The notes below the pieces were generated by a model that searched no databases, had not been told where the DNA came from, and saw only the letters and a list, made by a program, of their open reading frames with translations. The translations under genes and the position numbers were made by a program. Positions 43,308 to 51,836 of a stretch of 64,000 nucleotides of DNA are shown piece by piece. Each line of letters starts with the position of its first letter. Position 1 is the stretch's first letter. This DNA comes from Thermoleophilia bacterium (GTDB taxonomy: Bacteria; Actinomycetota; Thermoleophilia; Gaiellales; JAICJC01), in contig JAICYJ010000007.1 in NCBI GenBank assembly GCA_025934255.1, forward strand, positions 2,290-66,289, given 5' to 3'.

Positions 43308-43952
43308 TCAGCTAGACATGCCCCGATAGCGGGCGTAGCGTCGCAGTACTTCGCTGACATAGCGGCGCGTCTCTGCGAAGCCTGGGACGGTTCCCGTCCG
43401 CTCCACGATCGTCGGGCCGGCGTTGTATGCGGCGAGCGTCAGGGTAAGCCGGCCCTGGAATCGGTCGAGCAGTTCTCGCAGATACCGGCACCCGCCGCGC
43501 ACGGACTGTCGTGGGTTCATCGGATCACTCACACCGAGCGCTCGGGATGTCTCGGGTGCCAACTGCATCAGCCCGTCGGCGCCGCTGGTCGCGTTGTGAG
43601 CTCGCGGGTTGAAGGCGGACTCTTCGGCAATCACGGACGCCACCAGCGCTGGCGCCAACCGGCTGCGCCCCGCTTCTTGCCGGATGACCTGCGCATAGGG
43701 CCATGTGTGCCGTCGAGCGACGCTGGACTCCCGCCCGTCGGCGGGGCTACCGACTCTGAGCGCGATCGCGACCAGCGGCAGCGCGACAACGGCGCGGGCT
43801 CTTGGCGACCGCAAGGCTGGCTGCGCCGCTTCCCATCCTTGTCCAGCGATCAGCAACGCTGGGACGACGACGTCATCGACCAATCCCGAGCGCCCGATGT
43901 CACGACGCGCGTTCGTCAACAGGGCAGGCACGGCAGTCCATTCTTCATGCAC
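43308..43952 (-). CDS. lytic transglycosylase (SLT domain)
   Basis: VIAEESAFNPRA (catalytic E-S), GLMQL and AAYNAGP motifs. Start uncertain (GTG 43952 chosen; the track ORF extends to 44072). Confidence 0.82.
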   Translation of the reverse strand: MHEEWTAVPALLTNARRDIGRSGLVDDVVVPALLIAGQGWEAAQPALRSPRARAVVALPLVAIALRVGSPADGRESSVARRHTWPYAQVIRQEAGRSRLAPALVASVIAEESAFNPRAHNATSGADGLMQLAPETSRALGVSDPMNPRQSVRGGCRYLRELLDRFQGRLTLTLAAYNAGPTIVERTGTVPGFAETRRYVSEVLRRYARYRGMSS

Positions 43953-44004
43953 GAGGTCGCTCCTGCCGCGGCAGCTCGACCGGCCATTGTCGCGGTCGCT
44001 GGGT

Positions 44005-45630
44005 CTACGGCTTGGCGTTGAGGTGGACGTCGAGCAGTCTGCGCGTCGAGTCACTGCTTCGATACGTGCCAAGCCATACCTCTGAGCCCGACGGAGCGAT
44101 CCAGGTCGCCGTATCGGGCAGCGCTATCGTCGGGCCGGTGTGCTGACCGCTTCGAACATCGAGCCTCGTGAGACGATGCCAGCCGAGCGTACTGGCGACC
44201 CAAAGCGATGCCGAGCCGCCTGAGTTGATAGATCCGAGGCCCGGGAAGCGAAAGCTCGCGGCCACCTTCAGCGTCGGCTGGTACGTCTCGACATGGATTA
44301 GCCGGTTCTGTGTCGTATCGCTGCTGAACGCGGAGATCCAGACGTCGCCCCCAGCGGCGATGACGTACTCGGGTTGTAACGGTTGGCCCGTCGGCGGCTC
44401 CAGGGGCAGTCGCGTCGTCGCGCCGGTGATTGCGTCGATCCTGACGAGCTCCGATCCGGCCAGCGCCCACAGTGCGCCCGACCCGTAGGTGATGTCAAAC
44501 ACGCGCGCGCCGGCCTTGACGACGTCCAACCTCTTCCGGCCGGGCGTGTAGCGGTAGATGCGCGACCCGGCGGCGACCCAGATCGATCCGCTGCCCTGCG
44601 TCGGGTTGCAGGAGACGATCGCGATGGACATGCAGCCGGCGCGGCCGGGGATGGACACCTGCGTCGTCGAGCCATACACAGGGACGTGGATCAGAAGCGC
44701 ACTGGTCGAGCGAAATGATGCGACTGCGACCACCCAGGCACCCTCCGCGCCGACATTCACGCCCAGCGGAATCACACCGAGCGGCCTCATCGGATCCGGC
44801 GTCGTCTTGCCGGGTTGGATGCGCGTGATCGTCCCGCCGGTTGCGCCTTGTTGCTGGACGATATACGTGCCCGCCGGGCCGGCCGCGACGACGGTTCGAT
44901 GGTCGCCGAGCGGCCGTGCCGGCCCGACGGTGGCGGTGAAGGGCGCCGCCGCCTCGGCTGCGGAGCCGGATCTGCGGCTGAGGGTGACGACGGCGATCGC
45001 GACGATCGCCGCGGCGATGAGCACCACCCCGGCTAGCGGCAGCCACGGTGCCGGCCGGCGCGCCGCTGTCGCCCGTGGCGGTGGCGGTAGATCCTGGTCG
45101 GGCATGACACGAACGACGCGGACCTGGTCCTCGATGCCCTTGAACCGCATCGTGTGCGGTGAGCCGAACCGAACACCCTCGATCCGCCGTGCCAGATGTA
45201 CGACCTGTTCACTGGCAAGGATCTCGCCCGGTTGCGCGCGACTGCAGAGTCGTGCCGCCAGGTTGAGCGCGCCGCCGCGATACCCGCCGTCCGTCGGCAG
45301 AGCTTCACCCGCGTCCAGCCCGATGCCGACTCCTTGGGGAAGCGGTGCGCCGCCGGCGGAGCCGCCGCGGAACCTGCCCTGGAGGTCGACCGCGGCGCCA
45401 AGCGCACGACGGGCCGAGACGAACACGCATAACGCCTCGTCGCCCCGCAACTCGAGCAACTCGCCGTCCCAGGCCGGCATCGCTTCCCGAACGATGCGAG
45501 CAAACTGGGCGGCAAGCTCCGATCCAGCATCATCGCCGTGCTCATGCGTGTAGCGGGTATAGCCGCGGATGTCGGCGATCAGGAAGGTGCGAACCTCACT
45601 CGCGCGAGGCCGATGCTCGACCGTGGTCAT
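44005..45630 (-). CDS. class III adenylate/guanylate cyclase, then a TM helix and an extracytoplasmic beta-propeller-like domain
   Basis: FLIADIRGYT, LRGDEALCVF, GLDAGEA and ALNLAARL cyclase motifs. TM is LPLAGVVLIAAAIVAIAVV. The C-terminal half has repeated ..WV/WA....L.RID..TG.. blades. Confidence 0.85.
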   Translation of the reverse strand: MTTVEHRPRASEVRTFLIADIRGYTRYTHEHGDDAGSELAAQFARIVREAMPAWDGELLELRGDEALCVFVSARRALGAAVDLQGRFRGGSAGGAPLPQGVGIGLDAGEALPTDGGYRGGALNLAARLCSRAQPGEILASEQVVHLARRIEGVRFGSPHTMRFKGIEDQVRVVRVMPDQDLPPPPRATAARRPAPWLPLAGVVLIAAAIVAIAVVTLSRRSGSAAEAAAPFTATVGPARPLGDHRTVVAAGPAGTYIVQQQGATGGTITRIQPGKTTPDPMRPLGVIPLGVNVGAEGAWVVAVASFRSTSALLIHVPVYGSTTQVSIPGRAGCMSIAIVSCNPTQGSGSIWVAAGSRIYRYTPGRKRLDVVKAGARVFDITYGSGALWALAGSELVRIDAITGATTRLPLEPPTGQPLQPEYVIAAGGDVWISAFSSDTTQNRLIHVETYQPTLKVAASFRFPGLGSINSGGSASLWVASTLGWHRLTRLDVRSGQHTGPTIALPDTATWIAPSGSEVWLGTYRSSDSTRRLLDVHLNAKP

Positions 45631-46048
45631 GCCCCATCACGTTCGGTATCGGCGGCTCGCCGGCCGATCCGTCCCCGTGGGTGGCATGGCGTACGCAAAG
45701 CCTCGAGCACTCAATCGCCTCCGCCGGAAGGATCCAGATGATCCCACCCAGCCATTCCGAAGACAACCCGGGGGATTGTTAGGGGTTCGTATGGATCCCG
45801 CGCCCGGTGTAGACGGCCTGAGTCCTGGCCCCTATGTAGAGACCGTCACCGGAGAAGCGTCTCTGGTGGGATGGGGGTCTCTAGATGACGGCAGTCGATC
45901 TTCAGGATGCGCGGTGTGCCGCAAAGCACGCCGCCATGGTCGCGCGGCGCGGGAGTGGCGGCCGAGTTGCCTCCGGCACCGCAGCGGGTGCGGTAATGCA
46001 CGTGGAGCTGGCCGGGCCGACTGGGCGGTGCTCGGTTCCGGTTCCGGT

Positions 46049-46204
46049 TCAGGCGATGTGGCTGTCGCGGCGCTCGCAGTAGGCCTCGAACTCGGCGTAA
46101 CGGGTCAGATAGACCGCCAGCTCGAGCATGCCGAATGCGACCCATTCGGCGAAAAAGCGAGGATCAATCACCCGTAGATCAAGATCGGGGTCAACGCAGT
46201 CCAT
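46049..46204 (-). CDS. possible small protein (51 aa)
   Basis: ATG 46204 to TGA 46049. MDCVDPDLDLRVIDPRFFAEWVAFGMLELAVYLTRYAEFEAYCERRDSHIA looks protein-like with GC3-rich codons. No SD checked. Below the track length cutoff. Confidence 0.3.
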   Translation of the reverse strand: MDCVDPDLDLRVIDPRFFAEWVAFGMLELAVYLTRYAEFEAYCERRDSHIA

Positions 46205-46339
46205 GGGACGCACCTCACGTTGGGAGCGGGAGCAGTGCTCGTCTCATGATCCGTCGACCCGACGTTGAGCACATCACCCCGCCGGGCGATCCTTCAGGTC
46301 AAACGATGGTGGGCGGGGCGGGTGTACGATGTTGGCGGG

Positions 46340-46813
46340 ATGCGGCGATTGGTCATCATCGGCGCGTGCCTGGTTGGCCTCGGTTGGTTGGCCTGCCTGG
46401 TATGGCGGCAACGGGCAGCGGGTGACGATCCAGGCGATCGGGAGCGGATCGCGACCCGTGAGCCAAAGGGCGACCGCGATCAGCTGGCCGTGGCCGAAGA
46501 AGGGGTGGCGCCGGAGTCCTACCGACCGTCCGGGCAGTGGGCGAGCGGGCAAGGAGCCTCGGAGGAGCTGCTGGGCGAGTTGGCGGAGCTGCGACGCGAT
46601 GCCCTCAAGCGGGTGCATCGGCGACCGCTGTACGTGATGGCCGAAGAGCGAGGGGTGCCGCGGTACCGGCGGGCATTCATGACCAACGGCCAGCTTTTCG
46701 ATGCCATCCTCAAAGCCGAAGGAGTGTCGCCGGAGACGGGGTCGGCGTCGCCTGCGACGGTCGAGCGGGTACGAGCGCTGACCCTCCAAATGTTCGATTT
46801 CGCCGGCGAGTAG
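46340..46813 (+). CDS. membrane-anchored hypothetical protein with Rho_N/SAP-like C-terminal helix-hairpin
   Basis: MRRLVIIGACLVGLGWLACLVW TM. The C-terminal ..MAEERGVPRYRRAFMTNGQLFDAILKAEG resembles the Rho termination factor N-terminal (SAP-like) motif. Confidence 0.55.
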   Translation: MRRLVIIGACLVGLGWLACLVWRQRAAGDDPGDRERIATREPKGDRDQLAVAEEGVAPESYRPSGQWASGQGASEELLGELAELRRDALKRVHRRPLYVMAEERGVPRYRRAFMTNGQLFDAILKAEGVSPETGSASPATVERVRALTLQMFDFAGE

Positions 46814-47075
46814 GTTCGAAAGGCGCCCAGCCGACCAGGCATGGAGAGACTCTTGCTGCGTTACTGGCTCTTCGGGGGAAGAACGTTAGCGTTTCGCAGG
46901 GTATGCAAGTCACCACTCGGCTCTGCCAAATAGGCGACGACAGGATCAAACCACCTGCACCGCATGCCGGTCGCTGATTGCGGTGCCGGATATTCCAGTT
47001 AGTCGGTGGGGTCTAGCGGCTCTGGTGTATAGAACACCGTGTGCAAGGCCTGATAAGAACGCGCCGCGAATACAG

Positions 47076-47104
47076 TTGACCGATGAACTCCGGCACGATA
47101 TGAC
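47076..47104 (+). promoter_or_regulatory. sigma-70-like promoter candidate (TTGACC-17 nt-TATGAC)
   Basis: -35 at 47076-47081 and -10 at 47099-47104, about 55 nt upstream of GTG 47159, in a locally AT-richer intergenic region. Confidence 0.3.
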
Positions 47105-47158
47105 TGGCGGCCGCGCGTCTCATGAGTCGACGCGTGAGCTCCATATCCGGGGGTCTGC

Positions 47159-49342
47159 GTGCATTTCGACGTCGGGTCAGGTATCCGAGCGTTCCGGATC
47201 GTGCTTATCGGCGCGCTCGTGGTGGTGGCGAGTGCGCCCGCGGCGACCGCGGCGACGGCCGGATTCGGCTCACCCGCCCCCGGGCGGCCGGTGTTGCAGT
47301 GGCTGCCGGAGGAGTTCGCCACAGGCCACACCTATACGCAGGCCCAAGCGGTAACTGCCGCAGCCCGGTATGACGTCATCGTAGCGTATACCCAGGCGTT
47401 TCAGCCGTACCTGGCATCTATGCGCGCTGCGAATCCGAACCTTGTCGTGCTCGCGTATATGAACGGCATGTTCGTGCCGCCCGCCCAGGCCACGTCGTGG
47501 CCGGCCGACTGGTATTCCTACGATGCTAATGGAATCAAGGTTCAGAACGCGCAGAACAAGAACTATTTGATGAACCCGACGAGTTCCGGTTGGGTTCAGA
47601 ATCGGGCAACGACGTGCGCGAACCTCGTGGCGCAGAGCGGGTACGACGGTTGCATGCTCGACACGCTCGGCGTCGCTCCGCTGACCGCGGGCTACTGTAC
47701 GGCGCTGCCGATCAACCCCGCCACAGGTGCGGCGTGGGCTCGGCCGGATTGGATCTCGGCAACGACGCAGCTCTCAACGTCCGTCAGGTCCACCGTTTCG
47801 CCGAGTCTGGTGGTCGGAAACGGCCTCAAGGACGGCCCATCGCTTGGAGAGAGCAGCCAGCTGTTCAACGGCATGGACGGTGGCATCGCCGAGGGATTCC
47901 TCCGCACGTCGACCCAGTCAGCGACGACGTACCCAAGCGTTTCGGTCTGGCAGCAGAACGTCAACATGCTCCTGAGTCCGCCCAAGCCGATGCTGGCTCT
48001 CACCAAGGTGTGGGCGTCGGCAACCACCGCCCAACTCAATCAGTATCACCTCTACGCGCTGGCGTCGTTCCTGCTCGGAACCGACGGTCGCTCATACTTC
48101 TACTTCAGCTCGGCGGCGTCGGAACCGCCGATATCGGTCGTCCCCTGGTCGGTCAACATCGGCGATCCATCGGGTTCCTACTCGCTCCAGGACGGCGCAT
48201 ATCAGCGTCCCTTCACGCAGGGGCGCGTGCTCGTCAATCCAACCGCCAGCCAGGTGTCCGTTCCGCTGTCGGGGTCGTACACCGAGATGGACGGCACCCA
48301 GGTCTCCGGCTCGCTGGTCATGCCGCCAAACACCGGGCAGATCCTCCAAGCGGTGTCCGCCTCGGTGCCGGGTGCGCCGACGGGGGTGTCTGCGGTTGGT
48401 GGGGATGCGTCTGCGACGGTGAGTTTTTCTGCGCCGGGGAGTGATGGTGGGAGTGCGATTTCGGGGTATTCGGTGACGGCGGCGGATGCGTCGACGCCGG
48501 GGAATGGTGGTCAGGTGGTGTCGGGTGGTGGGAGTCCGTTGGTGGTGTCGGGGTTGACGAATGGTGATGTGTATTCGTTTACGGTGACGGCGACGAATGG
48601 GGTGGGTAGTGGGCCTGCTTCGGCGCCGTCAAACAGCGTTACTCCGAGTGCGCCGGCGCTCCTCACACTCACCACTCCCGCGCCCGCCTTCGGCGTGGCC
48701 AGCGTCGCCTACAGCTACCAGCTCAACGCGACCGGCGGGAAGCCCCCCTACACCTGGGCGGTCACCTCGGGTTCTCTGCCGCCCGGTCTGCATCTCGCCT
48801 CCACCGGAGCCATCAGTGGCACACCGACAGCAGCCGGTAGCTGGACGTTCGGGATCATCGTCCGAGACGCCTCCACGCCGGCCAACTCGCTGACGTCCGC
48901 ACTCACCATCCAGATCTATCCCAAAGCCAAGAACGGCAGCGGTACCGAAACCATCTCTCCGACCACCGCGACCCATGGCTCGAGCGGGAACACGTTCACG
49001 CTCACCTACAGCGCCCCCGCCATAGGCGCCCTCTACGACGGCAAACTCAAGATCACCGTGCCGAGCGGCTGGACCGCTCCCTCAAAGACCTCCACGTCGC
49101 CGGGTCTGGTTGCGACCAGCATGGGCTCCATATCGATCTCTGGTCAGACGATTACGATCAGCGGCCTGCGGCTGGCGCCTGGGGCAGCGTTCACGGTCAC
49201 CTATGGAAGCACCGCAGGTGGCAAGAAGGGCGTAACCGTACCCTCCAGTACCGGTGCGTATACCTTTACGACCAAACAGGGATCAGCCTCGGGCGCAACC
49301 CCGGTCCCGCTCGCAAGCTCACCGACCGTGAAGGTCGGCTAG
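47159..49342 (+). CDS. secreted multidomain protein: GHL15-like TIM-barrel domain, FN3, Ig-like (PPYTW) domain and a C-terminal beta domain
   Basis: Signal (IVLIGALVVVASAPAATAATA). YDGCMLDTLG resembles putative glycosyl-hydrolase-like family 15. The FN3 part is GAPTGVSAVGGDASATVSFSAPGSDGGSAISGYSVTA..YSFTVTATNGVG, and the Ig part is GKPPYTWAVTSGSLPPGL. Confidence 0.8.
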   Translation: MHFDVGSGIRAFRIVLIGALVVVASAPAATAATAGFGSPAPGRPVLQWLPEEFATGHTYTQAQAVTAAARYDVIVAYTQAFQPYLASMRAANPNLVVLAYMNGMFVPPAQATSWPADWYSYDANGIKVQNAQNKNYLMNPTSSGWVQNRATTCANLVAQSGYDGCMLDTLGVAPLTAGYCTALPINPATGAAWARPDWISATTQLSTSVRSTVSPSLVVGNGLKDGPSLGESSQLFNGMDGGIAEGFLRTSTQSATTYPSVSVWQQNVNMLLSPPKPMLALTKVWASATTAQLNQYHLYALASFLLGTDGRSYFYFSSAASEPPISVVPWSVNIGDPSGSYSLQDGAYQRPFTQGRVLVNPTASQVSVPLSGSYTEMDGTQVSGSLVMPPNTGQILQAVSASVPGAPTGVSAVGGDASATVSFSAPGSDGGSAISGYSVTAADASTPGNGGQVVSGGGSPLVVSGLTNGDVYSFTVTATNGVGSGPASAPSNSVTPSAPALLTLTTPAPAFGVASVAYSYQLNATGGKPPYTWAVTSGSLPPGLHLASTGAISGTPTAAGSWTFGIIVRDASTPANSLTSALTIQIYPKAKNGSGTETISPTTATHGSSGNTFTLTYSAPAIGALYDGKLKITVPSGWTAPSKTSTSPGLVATSMGSISISGQTITISGLRLAPGAAFTVTYGSTAGGKKGVTVPSSTGAYTFTTKQGSASGATPVPLASSPTVKVG

Positions 49343-49390
49343 GCGGGTCGGGGACTGAGTTCTCCGTAGCGCACGGAGTCAGGCGTTCGA

Positions 49391-51442
49391 TCAGCCGTGT
49401 GTGATGGCGGCCGGGTCGGGCTTGCCGGCCGGCGTGACCGGCACGAAGTCGAAGCCGTCCGGGGTGTTCAGGTAGCCGTGCGCGGTGCCGGACGCGCCCA
49501 GGTGCCCATACTGCCAGACGATCCGCTTGGTGCGCGGGTCGATGATCACGACGCGCTGGTTGTAGTCGTCGTTGACGGCGATCATGCCGTTGGGCAGCAT
49601 CGCCGCCAGGCTGGGGTGGTCGAGCCTGCCCGCCCCGGAGGCGGGGCGGTACTGCCACCGCACGCGGCCGGTGCGGCGGTCGAGGATGACGAGGCCGCCG
49701 GGGCTGGCGTAGTCGGCCACCAGGATGTTGCCGCTCAGGGTCAGCTGCGGATCCGACGGGTAGCTGACCGGGGCGTGATAGACGCGCACCAGCTTTCCCG
49801 AGAGCGTGAACTCGTCCAGGTAGGAGCCGTTGATCTCGCTGACCAGGATGTGGCCGTCCGGCAGCGGGGTGTCGCCGTTGACGGCGCCCAGGTAGCGGGG
49901 CGGGTCGTGCACGCAGTGGCCGGCCCGGCCGATCGAACGGACGATGCGATGCCCGCGAATCTCGAGCACGCGGCAGTTGTACGCATCGGCCACGATCACC
50001 ATCCCGTTGCTGAGCTTGTATGCGTCGTCGGGCGTGTTCAGGTAGCCGGGCGTCGAACCTCTCACGCCGGCGTGCCCGTAGCTCCAGATCAGCCGGCCGC
50101 GGGGATAGCTGATCATCACGATCTGGTGGTTCTCCTCCTGGTTGGAGATGATCGCGCGGCCGCCCGGCACGAAGAAGGTGTCGTCGTCGAAGAACAGCTT
50201 GTGCTGGCCGGGGCGGCTCGGGTAGTGCCACAGCAGCTTGTGGCGGGGGTTCACGAGCAGGATCCGGTTGTTCCCGCGATCGGCGATCAGCAGGTCTCCC
50301 GGCAGCGGGCCCGAGAACATCGACGGCCGGGACGCGGCCGGCTTGGGGTGTGGCCTGGCAGCAGGCGCGCTGCCGATGCTGATCTGCAGCACCGTGCCGG
50401 TCGGGCCGGCGCCGGACGTGCCGCCGATCACCACGATCCGGCCGGGCAGGCTGGCCACGCCGGCGTCCGACAGCGGCGTGGGCAGCGTGGCCGCTCGGTG
50501 CACCTTGCCGTCAGCCGTCACCGCCAGCACCGAGTCGACCGCCGCGCCGTTTCGACCGATGCCGCCGACCACGTACATGACGCCGCCGAGCGTGCCGGCC
50601 GAGGCGTGCATCAGCCCCTGCGGCAGCGTGCCGATCCGGGTGACGCGGCCGGTGGAAGGCGCGAACCGGTAGACCGCCCGGCTGGGGCCGGATACGGCGC
50701 GGCCGCCGGCGATGATCACGTTCCCCGACAGCGCCGCGACGGCGGCGTAGCGCAGCCCCTGGGGCAACCGCCCGGCGCTGCGCACGTTGCTGCCGTTGAC
50801 GGCGTAGATGTGATCCGACCACTGCGAACCGGTGTAGCCGCCGACCACGTAGGTGGTGCCGGACACGGTCGCCACCGCCAGGTCGGACAGCGGCGTGGGC
50901 AGCGCCCCCACCAGGTGGGTGGCGCGGCTGGCGGGGTCGAAGGTGGCGATGCCAGACGCGCTCGCGAACTGGCCGCCGCCCAGCACGTAGAGCCGCCCGG
51001 ACGGCGAGGCAGCGGCCGCCGCGTCGTGGATCGCCACCGGCAGTCGCCCGGCGGTGTGCACCGACGATCCCTGCAACACCGAGATGGTGGCGGTCGACGT
51101 CCCGGCGGCATCGAGCCCGCCGAAGGCGTAGGCGCGGCTGCCCACGGTGGTCACGGCCGCGTCCTGCACCGGAGCGGCAAGACGCGTCAGCCGGGTGACC
51201 CGAAGCACCTGCGTGGCCGGCGTGGCCGGCCCGCCGCCGGAGCCGCCGCTCGAACCGGCGGCGCTGCTCTGAGACGTCCCCGCACCGGAGGTGGCCGCCG
51301 TGTCGGCATCGCTCGTGCGCAGCGAATACACCGCAAGCAGGGCGCCGCAGAGCACCACCATCAGTCCCACCAGCGGCCACAGCCGCCGCCGACGCCGGGC
51401 CCGCCGTTCGAGCACCCCGCGGTTGCGCGATCGATGACCCAT
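49391..51442 (-). CDS. membrane-anchored protein with a Kelch-type propeller followed by an NHL/ASST-like propeller
   Basis: TM (LWPLVGLMVVLCGALLAV). Repeated ..Y[VA][FLV]GG.. Kelch blades are followed by LLIADRGNNRILLVNP, VIVADAYNCRVLEI, ILVADYASPGGLVILD and IAVNDDYNQRVVIID blades. Confidence 0.8.
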   Translation of the reverse strand: MGHRSRNRGVLERRARRRRRLWPLVGLMVVLCGALLAVYSLRTSDADTAATSGAGTSQSSAAGSSGGSGGGPATPATQVLRVTRLTRLAAPVQDAAVTTVGSRAYAFGGLDAAGTSTATISVLQGSSVHTAGRLPVAIHDAAAAASPSGRLYVLGGGQFASASGIATFDPASRATHLVGALPTPLSDLAVATVSGTTYVVGGYTGSQWSDHIYAVNGSNVRSAGRLPQGLRYAAVAALSGNVIIAGGRAVSGPSRAVYRFAPSTGRVTRIGTLPQGLMHASAGTLGGVMYVVGGIGRNGAAVDSVLAVTADGKVHRAATLPTPLSDAGVASLPGRIVVIGGTSGAGPTGTVLQISIGSAPAARPHPKPAASRPSMFSGPLPGDLLIADRGNNRILLVNPRHKLLWHYPSRPGQHKLFFDDDTFFVPGGRAIISNQEENHQIVMISYPRGRLIWSYGHAGVRGSTPGYLNTPDDAYKLSNGMVIVADAYNCRVLEIRGHRIVRSIGRAGHCVHDPPRYLGAVNGDTPLPDGHILVSEINGSYLDEFTLSGKLVRVYHAPVSYPSDPQLTLSGNILVADYASPGGLVILDRRTGRVRWQYRPASGAGRLDHPSLAAMLPNGMIAVNDDYNQRVVIIDPRTKRIVWQYGHLGASGTAHGYLNTPDGFDFVPVTPAGKPDPAAITHG

Positions 51443-51647
51443 CCGGCCGGAGGGTAGCTACGCAGTCGGAGGTACGCGGCGACTTGCATTTCGCCCGCTC
51501 AGTGCAGAGAATGCACCCATTCCCGGACTCCGCTTGCGGAACGTCTGAGGGGCTCCAGCGAAGGGGTTCAGCTCACGCCCAGTACCAGGCTTGCGGGAGG
51601 AGCCGAGGCTCCGACCCGACCGATCCCCTCCCCCGAGGGGGCATAGA

Positions 51648-51673
51648 GGGGGAGCCGACACGTCGGCTCCCCC
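51648..51673. other. perfect 12-bp-stem hairpin GGGGGAGCCGAC-ac-GTCGGCTCCCCC in an intergenic region
   Basis: Read directly. It lies between the stop of 51837..54047 (-) and the start of 49391..51442 (-). The adjacent CCCCCGAGGGGG (51630-51641) is also self-complementary. Confidence 0.6.
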
Positions 51674-51836
51674 TCGGCATCTGTGAGCGGGCGGACACCG
51701 TCCTTGACACGGCGGGCATACACTCAAAACCGGACTGGGCGCTGCCCCTCGCACCTATGCATCGGGCACCTGTCCGGAACCTGGGCCCGTCGACCGTGAG
51801 TGGAGCACACCGCCGACGGGCCTTCCTGCGCCAGGC

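Noticed and set aside
45569-46177. 202-aa plus-strand ORF in the cyclase-upstream region
   Set aside because: The translation is Arg/Gly-rich and motif-free, and its 3' part is antisense to a more protein-like 51-codon minus-strand ORF. The region 45631-46048 is left unannotated.
49397-51457. 686-aa plus-strand ORF opposite the Kelch/NHL gene. The same applies to 22925-24298(-), 25502-26983(-), 62519-63808(-), 9402-10241(-) and 12418-13320(+).
   Set aside because: All are antisense or out-of-frame shadows with low-complexity Arg/Gly/Pro-rich translations. The overlapping frames chosen as features have recognisable domains.
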